DNA from: a virus
Taxonomy: Duplodnaviria; Caudoviricetes
Length of the DNA: 64,000 nucleotides
Strand: one strand, 5' to 3'
Virus record (IMG/VR): IMGVR_UViG_3300014167_000003
Location: 9,998 to 73,997 of that record
A program made the position numbers and the translations under genes. Each line of letters opens with the position of its first letter. Positions within the stretch are counted from its first letter, which is position 1. Below the pieces are notes generated by a model. That model was not told the DNA's origin and did not search any database. It worked only from the letters and a program-made list of their open reading frames with translations. Below, piece after piece: positions 33,901 to 41,955 of this stretch.

Positions 33901-36589
33901 ACGCCTGCGCAATGTCCTTCGCGTGCTCGACATCAATGGGATGGTACTTGTCCGGCGGCGCCCGGCCGAAGTCCTTGTCGGCCATGTAGCGCTCGGCAAC
34001 GTCATGCGCGGCGCCGACCGGGCCCGGGACGAACGGCTCGCCGTTTATGCTTTGGGCTTTGGTCGGGAGCCCGGGGAGCGGTTGCCGCCCAGCTGCCCGC
34101 CGCTCTGCCTGTAGAGCCGCTTGCTGAAGGCCTTCTCCTCCTCCAGTTGCTCCTGCCAGTCCTCGTCCGACATCCACGCCGGCTTTTTCTTCGGCTCCTG
34201 CGGCGGCGGCTTCTGCATCACCCGTCCCTTTCTTGATCCTGGTTTTGAGGCCCGCACGCAGGGCACCGGCTTCGCCCGGCATCGGCGCCCCGCCGAGCAT
34301 GACCATACCGGAAAGATCCATCGCCGGCTCGATCATTTCTTCAGTTGTGATCGGCTCCCGGCTTTGCAGCGCCCTGCCAGGGATGGCGAGGGTGTTGATC
34401 GCGCGCTTCAAGTAAAGCTTGGCCAGTGGGTTGGCGAACGTCTCGGGCGACATCGCCGCTTGGTCGGCCTCCGACAGTTCGGGGCTCCCGCCATCAGCAT
34501 AGCCCTTGGCGGCGTACTTGGCGCGCGCCTTCAGGAACGCATTGTTGCCGGCCGCGCCGCCTGCCGCCTTGCGGATGACGCGACCGCCGCGCTTGCGCGT
34601 CACGTCTTCGCCACCAACAAGGTACCGCGCGACGGCGTCGCGCTCCGGCCCCTGCAATGTGAAAATGCGCGATGCCTCCTCGCGCACCCGCGCCATCCTG
34701 GCTTCTTTCGCCGCGCGCCGCTGCGAGAGCCCGAACCGCTCGGCGGCGCCGGCCGCCGCGTGGATGCCCGTTTTGACCGGGCTCGTGACGGCACCCGCGA
34801 CATCGGCGAGGCCGATCTTGTCGAACATGCCGGGCTGCACCGTCCAGCGCTTCTGCGCCTCCTGGCGCAGCGCGGTCGGGCTCCCTCCGTGGATGCGCGT
34901 CGGCGCCGTGTGCATGTGGCGCTCATGGTCCATCGCCGTGACCAGCGTCTCGGCGGCCTCGTCGCCGATGGCCCAGCGCAGCTTCTGGATGTTGTTCGGC
35001 GAAAGCACGGTGTTGATGGTGTCGGCCGTCAGCACATCGCGCCGGCCGAGCGAGTTCTCCAAGTAGGAGCGCATGCCGATCCGCATCGCCTTCATCTCGG
35101 CGGGCGAGTAGGCGGCGGTCAGGAACGGCAGTTCCTCCCGGTCGATCTTGCCGGTGAGCACCTCCCTGCCGAACTTCATCGCGTTGATAATGGTGGTTGG
35201 CGTCGCATACTCATTACGCGCCTGCTTCCAGACGTCGCCAACCGCCGGGTGGTTGTCGAGAGCGTCCACGAGCGCGTTCTTGATACCGACATAACGTCGC
35301 GCGGCGTTCATCTCGCCGCCCTTGATCGCCTTGCCGATCATGTCGTCGAGCGCTTCCTTGGCGTACTGGAATGCACTTGCGGTCGGCACCCGCGTCAAGC
35401 CGGGTGGGTCGTTGACATCGAGGAAGCCGTGCGTGAGTGGCTCTCCTTCGATGGTGAGCGACCGGTTGGCCTCACGCAGCGCGCCGCTTGCTTCGAGACG
35501 CGGCATCAGCGCCTCGATCTCCGGCGTCGGCGTAATGACCGTGTTGCGAAACTTCTCATAGAACGGCGCGGCTGCGCGCTGGCGGTCGCCCTCCATGATG
35601 CGACGCAGTTGTGCGACGTTCTCGTTGACGCCGAACGAACGGTCGAACTGCTGGCGCACGCGCTCGACCGCCTCCAACGCACGTTGCCGCAGCGAACCCA
35701 TCACCTCCAATTTGCCCGGGCCAGGCGGTGCCGCAACGGCGCCCATGTCGGCTTCGAGACTCGGCGTGATCTCACCGAAGAAATGGTGCGCCGACATCTC
35801 TTCGAGGCGCTGGTCGATGGTGTGCGGCGTGAAGCCCTGCTCCTCCATGACCGCGCGCATATGTGCGATGGTCTCCGGCGACATGCCGGCGAGCGGGCCA
35901 CCCGCGCCGTTGGCGCTCAGTGCGCGGCGCTGCGGCGGCAGCTCATGCGGAACATCGGTCGGCAGCAGGTCGACACCCGCCTCGGGGCGCACCACCTGGC
36001 GCGGCACCTCGGGCGAGACCGGAGCCGGCGGCGCGCCGGGCGGCGGTGTCGGCGACGGCGCGACCTCCTCCGCGTCACGCCGCAGCACGTCGGGAATATC
36101 GCGGATGTGGCCCGAGAGGCCGGTGATGCCGCGCGTGGCGCTCGGCATCTCGGCCGCGAACGCGTTCGGCATCTCCTGGAGTTCGCCCTGGAGCGTGTCG
36201 GCCGAGGTGCGGCCGATCACCGGCTCCAGCGCGCCGGCACCAAGGCCAGCCAGGCCGCCGATCACGACGCCGGGCTGACGCGCGGTGACATCCGCCGCCT
36301 TCGCGGCGGGCTGCAGCCAATTGAGCCACGGGTAGCGCTTCAGGTTTTCCTGGGAGAACCCGAGGTCGCCCTCCATCGCCTGGTTGGCGCCCTCGTGCAT
36401 GCGCGTGCCGATGCCGCGCCGCTCTTCCGGCATATTGTACCGCGTCGTCGGCTCGGCGTGCATCTTGCCGCTGGCGTCCGGCAGCGACAGAAACATCGCG
36501 GGCGGCTGGGTCGGCTCGTGCGACACGACGTCCCAGTCGCCCTTCTTCGGCGCGAGCGGCTCGGTCGATACGACGTCCCAGTCACCCAT
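30953..36589 (-). CDS. 1878-aa multidomain ejection/polyvalent protein
   Basis: After pilot gene; helical N-terminus, HDYFGH domain, HhH-glycosylase-like domain, ART-like YHGS...GEG...YG.GLYFA domain. Confidence 0.85.
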   Translation of the reverse strand: MGDWDVVSTEPLAPKKGDWDVVSHEPTQPPAMFLSLPDASGKMHAEPTTRYNMPEERRGIGTRMHEGANQAMEGDLGFSQENLKRYPWLNWLQPAAKAADVTARQPGVVIGGLAGLGAGALEPVIGRTSADTLQGELQEMPNAFAAEMPSATRGITGLSGHIRDIPDVLRRDAEEVAPSPTPPPGAPPAPVSPEVPRQVVRPEAGVDLLPTDVPHELPPQRRALSANGAGGPLAGMSPETIAHMRAVMEEQGFTPHTIDQRLEEMSAHHFFGEITPSLEADMGAVAAPPGPGKLEVMGSLRQRALEAVERVRQQFDRSFGVNENVAQLRRIMEGDRQRAAAPFYEKFRNTVITPTPEIEALMPRLEASGALREANRSLTIEGEPLTHGFLDVNDPPGLTRVPTASAFQYAKEALDDMIGKAIKGGEMNAARRYVGIKNALVDALDNHPAVGDVWKQARNEYATPTTIINAMKFGREVLTGKIDREELPFLTAAYSPAEMKAMRIGMRSYLENSLGRRDVLTADTINTVLSPNNIQKLRWAIGDEAAETLVTAMDHERHMHTAPTRIHGGSPTALRQEAQKRWTVQPGMFDKIGLADVAGAVTSPVKTGIHAAAGAAERFGLSQRRAAKEARMARVREEASRIFTLQGPERDAVARYLVGGEDVTRKRGGRVIRKAAGGAAGNNAFLKARAKYAAKGYADGGSPELSEADQAAMSPETFANPLAKLYLKRAINTLAIPGRALQSREPITTEEMIEPAMDLSGMVMLGGAPMPGEAGALRAGLKTRIKKGTGDAEAAAAGAEEKAGVDVGRGLAGATGGGEGLQQAALQAERRAAGRQPLPGLPTKAQSINGEPFVPGPVGAAHDVAERYMADKDFGRAPPDKYHPIDVEHAKDIAQAFEDMPHTPHDPDTKAAYDALIRETLAQYQAIKESGLKITPTGAADYPYKTNPREVVKDVADNNHMAFFKTSEGFGPGEVPDPDHPMLRPSGEKIGEHELLNNDLFRIVHDYFGHVKNGYGFRGPGEDNAWRAHAAMYSPEARRAMTTETRGQNSWLNYGPHGEFNRTANAEDTIYAKQKMGLLPEWTMEDRVASPAIHKGSALLVDEQGLPIHGKNYTKAQKEALDEIKAGPKGAGPLDLSTQNRVPQVPQEAMERYEPPRGVSERLQAALDDPKIRRGIMKSIEAGKAMGADKWYHTEPIRRAFVEKLGLEDGLRAFAKYMDHVAATSPRSAVPENIRNASYQYLHALNDRDLPEKLPYPYGHFAQKQHRENYATLRDEGSWDALRNPKPASFSQNLQGNLVPVTVDTHAFRNIGMRTQDPRFLETRTVGPRAEGKDTLAARFGEPSGDDKVVYRPQHLVERGKLSMKEAEEIPAFWAAQPNENEYGAAEGLYRSLAKKAGLAPADAQAAAWSGAGKMTGLGSPPTHTFPEMFNERVLFTAKMRGERPEKVLHDFIKGKKPLLSHGGSVPKKAGGGATGTEPTQREDLPPSAGDDTGQGDITAYHGSPYDFDRFDISKIGSGEGQQVYGHGLYFADKEGVAQRYRDALQKTVSPHLTLDGERVTPSMLRDMKTSGDDNDRWLAQQHYDRLLSRSKGSYDKFFEDLQKETEKRDYFLQRARDQRANPPLASTYSPEDLEMFAANRQRQIDHLTRAIPRLEQKLGGPSGKMYEVGLNVDPEHLLDWDARFKDQSRYVQNKAAPLMEKSVKDQREVISRILSRGTSSPVGFGRPLNDAERENYERRLQQADVDSLTGQQIYTRFGLPATTQSEGYRRSAMGLDREGIPGLRYDDQMSRPAADVKPVIDEYGTRQKALVAVRRQLVKAEESGSGDYMRLNGLLRELSRPESHNYVMFNDKLIDIKRKYRVGGDVGPYGGAVNPYA

Positions 36590-39582
36590 CAGGGCACCAG
36601 CTCAGGCTTGCCGTTCTTCAGCGTCCACTTCGTGCCATTGCCGAAGGTGGTGATCTTGCCTTCCTCCAGTTTTGCCAGCGCCTCGGGCGGCAGCGCAGGG
36701 GCGGTGCTCTGCGTCTTGTCGTCAGGCAGCGCGTTCTTCCGCGTGTCCGTCTCCGTGTCGCCCGGCTTCGCGTAGCCGTTGGAAGGGATCGTCGTCTGCC
36801 CGCGCTTGACGGCATCATATTCGCGGTCGATCTGCTTCTTCAGCTGCTGCACGGCCTTCTCGTATGTCCCCTTCGAGAAACCCGTGTCGAGATAATGCAG
36901 GGCGAGATCGCGGTCGCTCTCGCGCATCACACCGGTCGGGTTCATGGCCTTGGCCCAATGCTCGGCGAGCTGCAGGTTGGCCATACCGAAGGTGACGAGC
37001 CTGTCGTCGTTGGTCGCGAGCTGGCCATGCTGGATGAAGTGATCAAACGGCACGTAGCCGGTGTAGCGCGTGACGTTCCTCGACTCCTCCAGAGCCGCCG
37101 GGATCGCGGCATCCGCTGCATTGAGAATGATCTTGAGCTGGGCCTCGCGCGTGCCACGGGTGCGCGCCTCGGCGTTCAGGGTGGCCTGCTGCGCGGCATA
37201 CTCCTGCTTCTTGCGCGAGTAGTCTTCGTCCGAGATGTTGCGCGCGGCCTTGCGCTCCTCGAACTTCTGCTGAACCAGGGAGTTGTTCGCGCCGCTGTAG
37301 CCGAGCCGCTTCATGCGCGACTCGTCGCCAGTCGTCAGGGCGTAGTCGGCGATACCCTCGGCGGTCTTCTCGGAGATCGTCGCGGTCTTTTCGCCCTTGT
37401 TGATGATCTTGTCGCCCTCCTTGAACTGGTACGGCAAGCCAGTCCTCGGGTCCTTGAAGATGTATTCGCCCGTGGCAGAGTTGAACGCCCCCGGGATGAC
37501 CATCCCCTCTTTCGTCACCAGCGTGCCGGAGGGCGTGAACTTCTCCCGGTCGTGTGCGTCCTGCTGCGCGAGCGTCCGCTCCTTGTACGGGCGCTCGGCG
37601 TTCTTCTGCTGGTCGAGATAGTGCTGCGCTTCGAGATCCAGCCGGCGCTGGCCCTGCTCGGCGGTGACGTCCTTCTGCGCCGCCTCGCGCTGCTGCTCCA
37701 GCACCTTCACGCCTTCGAGGCCACCGCGCCCGATGTTGACACCGGCATACGGCGAACTGCCGCCCATGATGCCAAGGCTCGCCGCGAGGAGAGCCATCCA
37801 CGGGCTTTTGGTGAAGTCGCTGGCGGCGTCGTGCTTCTCGTGCTTCTTCTCGGTGGGCGTCTTCGTGTCGTCGCCCTCATCGGCAAACGACAGCGCCGAC
37901 GACTGGCCCGGCGGTGCGTACGGGTTGTCGCCGCCAGGGTTGGTGATCGCCTTCGGCAGGCCGCTCTTGTCGACGGTGCCCGTATCGCCGGAGAACGCGA
38001 GCACCTGCGGCGTGCCCGTCGCGTCGGCCTTGTCCTCAATGGCCTGCGCGTACGCCTTGCGCGGGTCAGCGCGCGGCACCATGACGTCGCCGGGATCGAG
38101 CACCGCCGTGATGCGCGGATCGTAGCCGTAGGCGTTCTGCGAGCCCTGCATCACCGCTGCGGCCTGCGGGTTGCTCGCGCCGGCAGCGGGCGCCAGCGCG
38201 TCCCAGCCACCACGGTCGATCACCGGGTTGTTGCCGGCGACCGTGCTCGGGTCCTGCGGCGGCACGATGCCGGCGTTGCTGCCGTCGCCGTCGAAGCGCG
38301 CCGCGAACGTATCGCCGCCCGTGTCGAAGCCGGTGTACGGGTTGCTGACCGTGCCGCCACGGTTGGCGAACATGGCGCCGATCTTGGCGATGTTGCCGAT
38401 GGCGCCGAGCGCCGTCGTGAGATCGCTGCCGCTGTTGCTCTGCTGCTGCGGCGGGTTGAGGTTGATCTGCGGGATATGCGCCTGGATCGGATGCGGCTGG
38501 CTCTGCGGAATGACGCCCATCTGGCTGACGTTGATCGGGTTGTCGCTGAAGCCGGACGGGAGGCTATAGACCGGCGTGCTCGCGCCCGGCGAGCCACCGC
38601 CGTCCATGTGCGGCACCTCGCCACCGACCGCGTACGGGCTCGTCGGGTTGACGAGGTTTTGGCCAGGCCCGTAGCCCTCATAGTCGGACGGCGAGAGACC
38701 AGGGAGCGGGTTTTGTGCCGAGCCGAGCTGCGAGGCCGGCACGTCGGCGCCGCTGCCCTTGTTGGTGAGATAGCCGTTGCTGCCGAATGCGCCCGTGGCG
38801 CCGAGCGCGGCCACACCGACGCCAGCGCCGCCCGCGAGCTGGCTGAAGATGCTCGGCTGCGCCGGAGTGGACTGCCCGGTGCCGTAGGTGGTGCCGCCGA
38901 GGCCGGGCGCGAGCGCGCCGACCGAGTTGGTGAGGAACTGGCTCTGCTGATACGGGAACGCCGCCTGAGCGAGCGCGAGCTGATACGGCGAGTTCAATTG
39001 CGCCTGCTGCAGCTGCTGCTGCAGGCCGCCCGTGCCGAGCTGCGCGTTGGCGGCGCCGAGCACCGAGTTCTGCCAGCCCGAGGCGAGCGACGCGTTGCCG
39101 TAGCCGGCCGCCTGCGCCTCCTGCACGGCGTTGGTGTACTGCTGCGCCAGGACGTTGCCCTCCTGCGCCGTCTGCTGCCCGGCGACGTCCGCCTGGCCAA
39201 CCGCGACGCGATCCGCGCCAACGCCGCCGGCCTGCTGCGTGAGCGCGCCGGTCGTCTGCGACATCTGCTCGCCGAACAGGTTCTGCAATTGACCGGTGAT
39301 GCTGCTGACGTACGGGTTGTAGAACGCCTGCGCGGCGGACGGCGTGAAGTTCTGCAGGCCCTGCTGGAAGTACGGGTTGGTCATCCCCTGCGCGTTGTTA
39401 ACCGTATTGAACGCGCTCTGCTGGGCATTCGAGAAGCCCGCGACGGGCGCCTGCGGGATAGCGAACGGCAGCTGCGCGGTGTTCTGCGCCTGGGTGAGCG
39501 CGCCGCTGATGGCGTTGTAGGCGGCGGGCGTCGGCGTGTACGTCGACTGCTGCTGCGTGGTGCTGGTGCCCTTGTTACCCAT
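36589..39582 (-). CDS. DNA pilot/ejection protein
   Basis: MG.KG.STTQQQS start, Q/A/G-rich low complexity, podoviral position after GNAT. Confidence 0.8.
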   Translation of the reverse strand: MGNKGTSTTQQQSTYTPTPAAYNAISGALTQAQNTAQLPFAIPQAPVAGFSNAQQSAFNTVNNAQGMTNPYFQQGLQNFTPSAAQAFYNPYVSSITGQLQNLFGEQMSQTTGALTQQAGGVGADRVAVGQADVAGQQTAQEGNVLAQQYTNAVQEAQAAGYGNASLASGWQNSVLGAANAQLGTGGLQQQLQQAQLNSPYQLALAQAAFPYQQSQFLTNSVGALAPGLGGTTYGTGQSTPAQPSIFSQLAGGAGVGVAALGATGAFGSNGYLTNKGSGADVPASQLGSAQNPLPGLSPSDYEGYGPGQNLVNPTSPYAVGGEVPHMDGGGSPGASTPVYSLPSGFSDNPINVSQMGVIPQSQPHPIQAHIPQINLNPPQQQSNSGSDLTTALGAIGNIAKIGAMFANRGGTVSNPYTGFDTGGDTFAARFDGDGSNAGIVPPQDPSTVAGNNPVIDRGGWDALAPAAGASNPQAAAVMQGSQNAYGYDPRITAVLDPGDVMVPRADPRKAYAQAIEDKADATGTPQVLAFSGDTGTVDKSGLPKAITNPGGDNPYAPPGQSSALSFADEGDDTKTPTEKKHEKHDAASDFTKSPWMALLAASLGIMGGSSPYAGVNIGRGGLEGVKVLEQQREAAQKDVTAEQGQRRLDLEAQHYLDQQKNAERPYKERTLAQQDAHDREKFTPSGTLVTKEGMVIPGAFNSATGEYIFKDPRTGLPYQFKEGDKIINKGEKTATISEKTAEGIADYALTTGDESRMKRLGYSGANNSLVQQKFEERKAARNISDEDYSRKKQEYAAQQATLNAEARTRGTREAQLKIILNAADAAIPAALEESRNVTRYTGYVPFDHFIQHGQLATNDDRLVTFGMANLQLAEHWAKAMNPTGVMRESDRDLALHYLDTGFSKGTYEKAVQQLKKQIDREYDAVKRGQTTIPSNGYAKPGDTETDTRKNALPDDKTQSTAPALPPEALAKLEEGKITTFGNGTKWTLKNGKPELVP

Positions 39583-40094
39583 CAGGCGTATGCCGCGCTA
39601 GACGAGTGCACCGAGCCCTTGTTGCCGTAGAGAAAGAACGCGCCGATGGGCGGCAGCATGCGCCGATAGAGCCGCACCTTGGCCTCGGTCCTCTCGTTCG
39701 AGATGATGCCGGTGAGCAGCGGGAGGTGGGTCCGGTCGCTCTGGGTCTTCATCCACTCGACCAGCGCCTTGGCGTGGCCGGAGCGTCGGCATTCCGGGTC
39801 CACGTAGACGATGAACTCCTCCAGATGCCGGTCGTGCGAGTACCAGTGCGTGCCGATGCAGACGAAGACCAGCGCCTCCAGGCGGCCGACGTCGCCGATC
39901 ACGCCGATGGCGCCGCGCGGTCCGGTGTCCCACTCAGGGATCGCGTCGGGCACGAGCGCCCTGGAGAGAAACCACTCGACCTTCTCCGGCGCCAGCGTGA
40001 ACTGGCCGTTCTCGCGGTGGCCTTGGAGGAAGAGGCGCCAGATCTCCTGGTGGTCCGCAGGCCCGGCAACGCGGACAATGGACGGGCACGTCAT
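39582..40094 (-). CDS. GNAT acetyltransferase of the virion module
   Basis: YVDPECRRSGHAKAL acetyl-CoA motif A. Confidence 0.8.
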   Translation of the reverse strand: MTCPSIVRVAGPADHQEIWRLFLQGHRENGQFTLAPEKVEWFLSRALVPDAIPEWDTGPRGAIGVIGDVGRLEALVFVCIGTHWYSHDRHLEEFIVYVDPECRRSGHAKALVEWMKTQSDRTHLPLLTGIISNERTEAKVRLYRRMLPPIGAFFLYGNKGSVHSSSAAYA

Positions 40095-40097
40095 GGC

Positions 40098-40745
40098 TCA
40101 GTCCTTCTTCGGCGGTTTGAGGCCCTTGAGGGTCTTGATGTGCTTCGCGCGCGTGCGCAGCACCCACTTGTCCAATTCCTTGTGGCCGTGATCGAGGTCG
40201 CCGAACTTCTGGATGATCTTCTCGGGCGGGATCACGATCTCGCCGCCGGCCGCAATGATCGGCGTTGGCTCTCCGGTGCCGCCGCCACGCGCCTTCGGCG
40301 TCGTCGGCGGCTTCAAATTGATCGACGGGATGTGCGCCTTGATGCCGTGGCCCGCCATCGGCGCGCTGCCGTAGGGGCCCATCTTGAACATCTTGTTAAC
40401 AATGTTGGCGCCGGCCAGGCTATTGCCCTGCCCGAGCGCCGCGACGTGATCGGCCGGGAGGACGTAGGCGCCGCCGCCGACTGTGATCGGCAGCTTGTCT
40501 GTGCGGCCCGGTACGGCGCTGTGGAGGAAGCCCTCATGAAACATCTGCCGCTGCGCCGAACGCTCACCCAGCGGCGCCTGGAAGCCTCCTGAGGCCATGT
40601 GAGCGCCTGCCCGTCGCGCGGTGTTGTAGGCGATGGCGAGCGCCTGCTGCCGCGACTGCACATGTGGCGACTTGCCGACGTCGTGCATCAGCGTGGCGAC
40701 GTTCGCCTTAAAGGCTCCGGGCGACTTGCTGTGATCGAGCGGCAT
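40098..40745 (-). CDS. Virion-associated protein
   Basis: QALAIAY..AR N-terminal motif; GRTDKLP, GAYVLPAD, GGEIVIPPE. Confidence 0.7.
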   Translation of the reverse strand: MPLDHSKSPGAFKANVATLMHDVGKSPHVQSRQQALAIAYNTARRAGAHMASGGFQAPLGERSAQRQMFHEGFLHSAVPGRTDKLPITVGGGAYVLPADHVAALGQGNSLAGANIVNKMFKMGPYGSAPMAGHGIKAHIPSINLKPPTTPKARGGGTGEPTPIIAAGGEIVIPPEKIIQKFGDLDHGHKELDKWVLRTRAKHIKTLKGLKPPKKD

Positions 40746-40749
40746 GGTC

Positions 40750-40763
40750 TGAGAATATCCTCA
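40750..40763. promoter_or_regulatory. Late-gene dyad 4 nt upstream of ATG 40745
   Basis: TGAGA-ATAT-CCTCA. Confidence 0.7.
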
Positions 40764-40780
40764 AAGCTTCGTTGTCGCAA

Positions 40781-41716
40781 TTACCCGGCGCGGATGAGCG
40801 TCAGGCCGCCGACGTAGGTCGGCGGGAGCTGCGGCAGCGTGATCTGGCTGCTGCTGCCGTAGGTGATGCCGGTCTTGGCCGAGTTGGTGTTTGGGCTGTT
40901 CGAAGCACTACCGAACGCCTCATAGCTACCGCCGCCAGCCGAAATGCCGCCGACGATGGTGCCGTTGTTGATGAGGGTGTAAGCAATTCCGTGCACATGC
41001 CCGGGGTCGCTTGACTGTGGCAGATAGATGCTCGTGAGCATCGTCGCCTGCACGCCGCCGACGTTGCCAACCGCGCTCGCATTGAAGGTGGCGCCGTTGG
41101 CGCTGCTGATCGGCGTCGAGGCGCTCTGGTTCAGGGTGAGCCGGTACTTGCCTTGCGAGTTCGGCAGCGTCGTCCCGCCGAGCACGAGCGACAGGATCGG
41201 ATAGGTCGCCGAGGAGAACGTGGTGCCGTCGCAGTTGAGGTACGGCGGCACGGTGCAGCCGGACACCCATAGCGGCACCGAGGAGCCGGCATAGTCCCAA
41301 TATTGTCCGACGCGGCCGAGGTTCTTGTACTTCAAATTGGTCCCGTCGTTGAAGACGTCGATGGTCTCGCCCGGCGGGCAGCAGATCACCTGGCCGCCGG
41401 AGACCGTCGTTTCGAGTGTGATCGTGTATGCGCTCGATCCGGTGCACAGGTTCTGGATCTCGTACGCCTTGGTGAACGTGCTCGGGAACGTGATGGCGAC
41501 GTTGCCGGCGAGCGTCGAATTGAACGTGATCTGCCGGCACTGATACTGGCCGGAGTTGAGCACGACGCCCGTGTTGTTCAGGCCGACCGTGGCAATACCG
41601 CCGACGATCAGGTCAATGAGGACCATGTTGCCGTTGACGGGCGAGTCCCACGAGCCGACGTCGGAGCCATTGCTCGGCTCCAGAAGGTTGACGTTCGCGG
41701 TGTAGCTGGTGGTCAT
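40781..41716 (-). CDS. Tail fibre with tail-collar-like domain
   Basis: YLNCDG..FS...YP.L...G...LP collar motif. Confidence 0.75.
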   Translation of the reverse strand: MTTSYTANVNLLEPSNGSDVGSWDSPVNGNMVLIDLIVGGIATVGLNNTGVVLNSGQYQCRQITFNSTLAGNVAITFPSTFTKAYEIQNLCTGSSAYTITLETTVSGGQVICCPPGETIDVFNDGTNLKYKNLGRVGQYWDYAGSSVPLWVSGCTVPPYLNCDGTTFSSATYPILSLVLGGTTLPNSQGKYRLTLNQSASTPISSANGATFNASAVGNVGGVQATMLTSIYLPQSSDPGHVHGIAYTLINNGTIVGGISAGGGSYEAFGSASNSPNTNSAKTGITYGSSSQITLPQLPPTYVGGLTLIRAG

Positions 41717-41725
41717 AGATCACCT

Positions 41726-41953
41726 CTATTGCGGATAGATCGGCACTTTGCCGGTGAAGCCAGAACTCGTTGTCACAAGGATGAAGAACGACGCCTCCGA
41801 GGAGGTGAACGTCACGCTGCCGGTCGATGCCGGCGCGCTGGTCGACGTGCCGGTCACCTGCGGGAAGATGGCCTTGATCGCAGAGGTCATGTTGTTCATG
41901 GCCTGCACGCCGTTTTGTAGCGTTGCCCATGCGACGTCCCAACCTTGTGCCAT
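41726..41953 (-). CDS. Small virion protein
   Basis: AGGAGG RBS; MAQGWDVAW... Confidence 0.65.
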   Translation of the reverse strand: MAQGWDVAWATLQNGVQAMNNMTSAIKAIFPQVTGTSTSAPASTGSVTFTSSEASFFILVTTSSGFTGKVPIYPQ

Positions 41954-41955
41954 TG

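Noticed and set aside
31559-39630. Long + strand ORFs (851, 884, 911 aa)
   Set aside because: Antisense shadows of high-GC - strand genes, without motifs.
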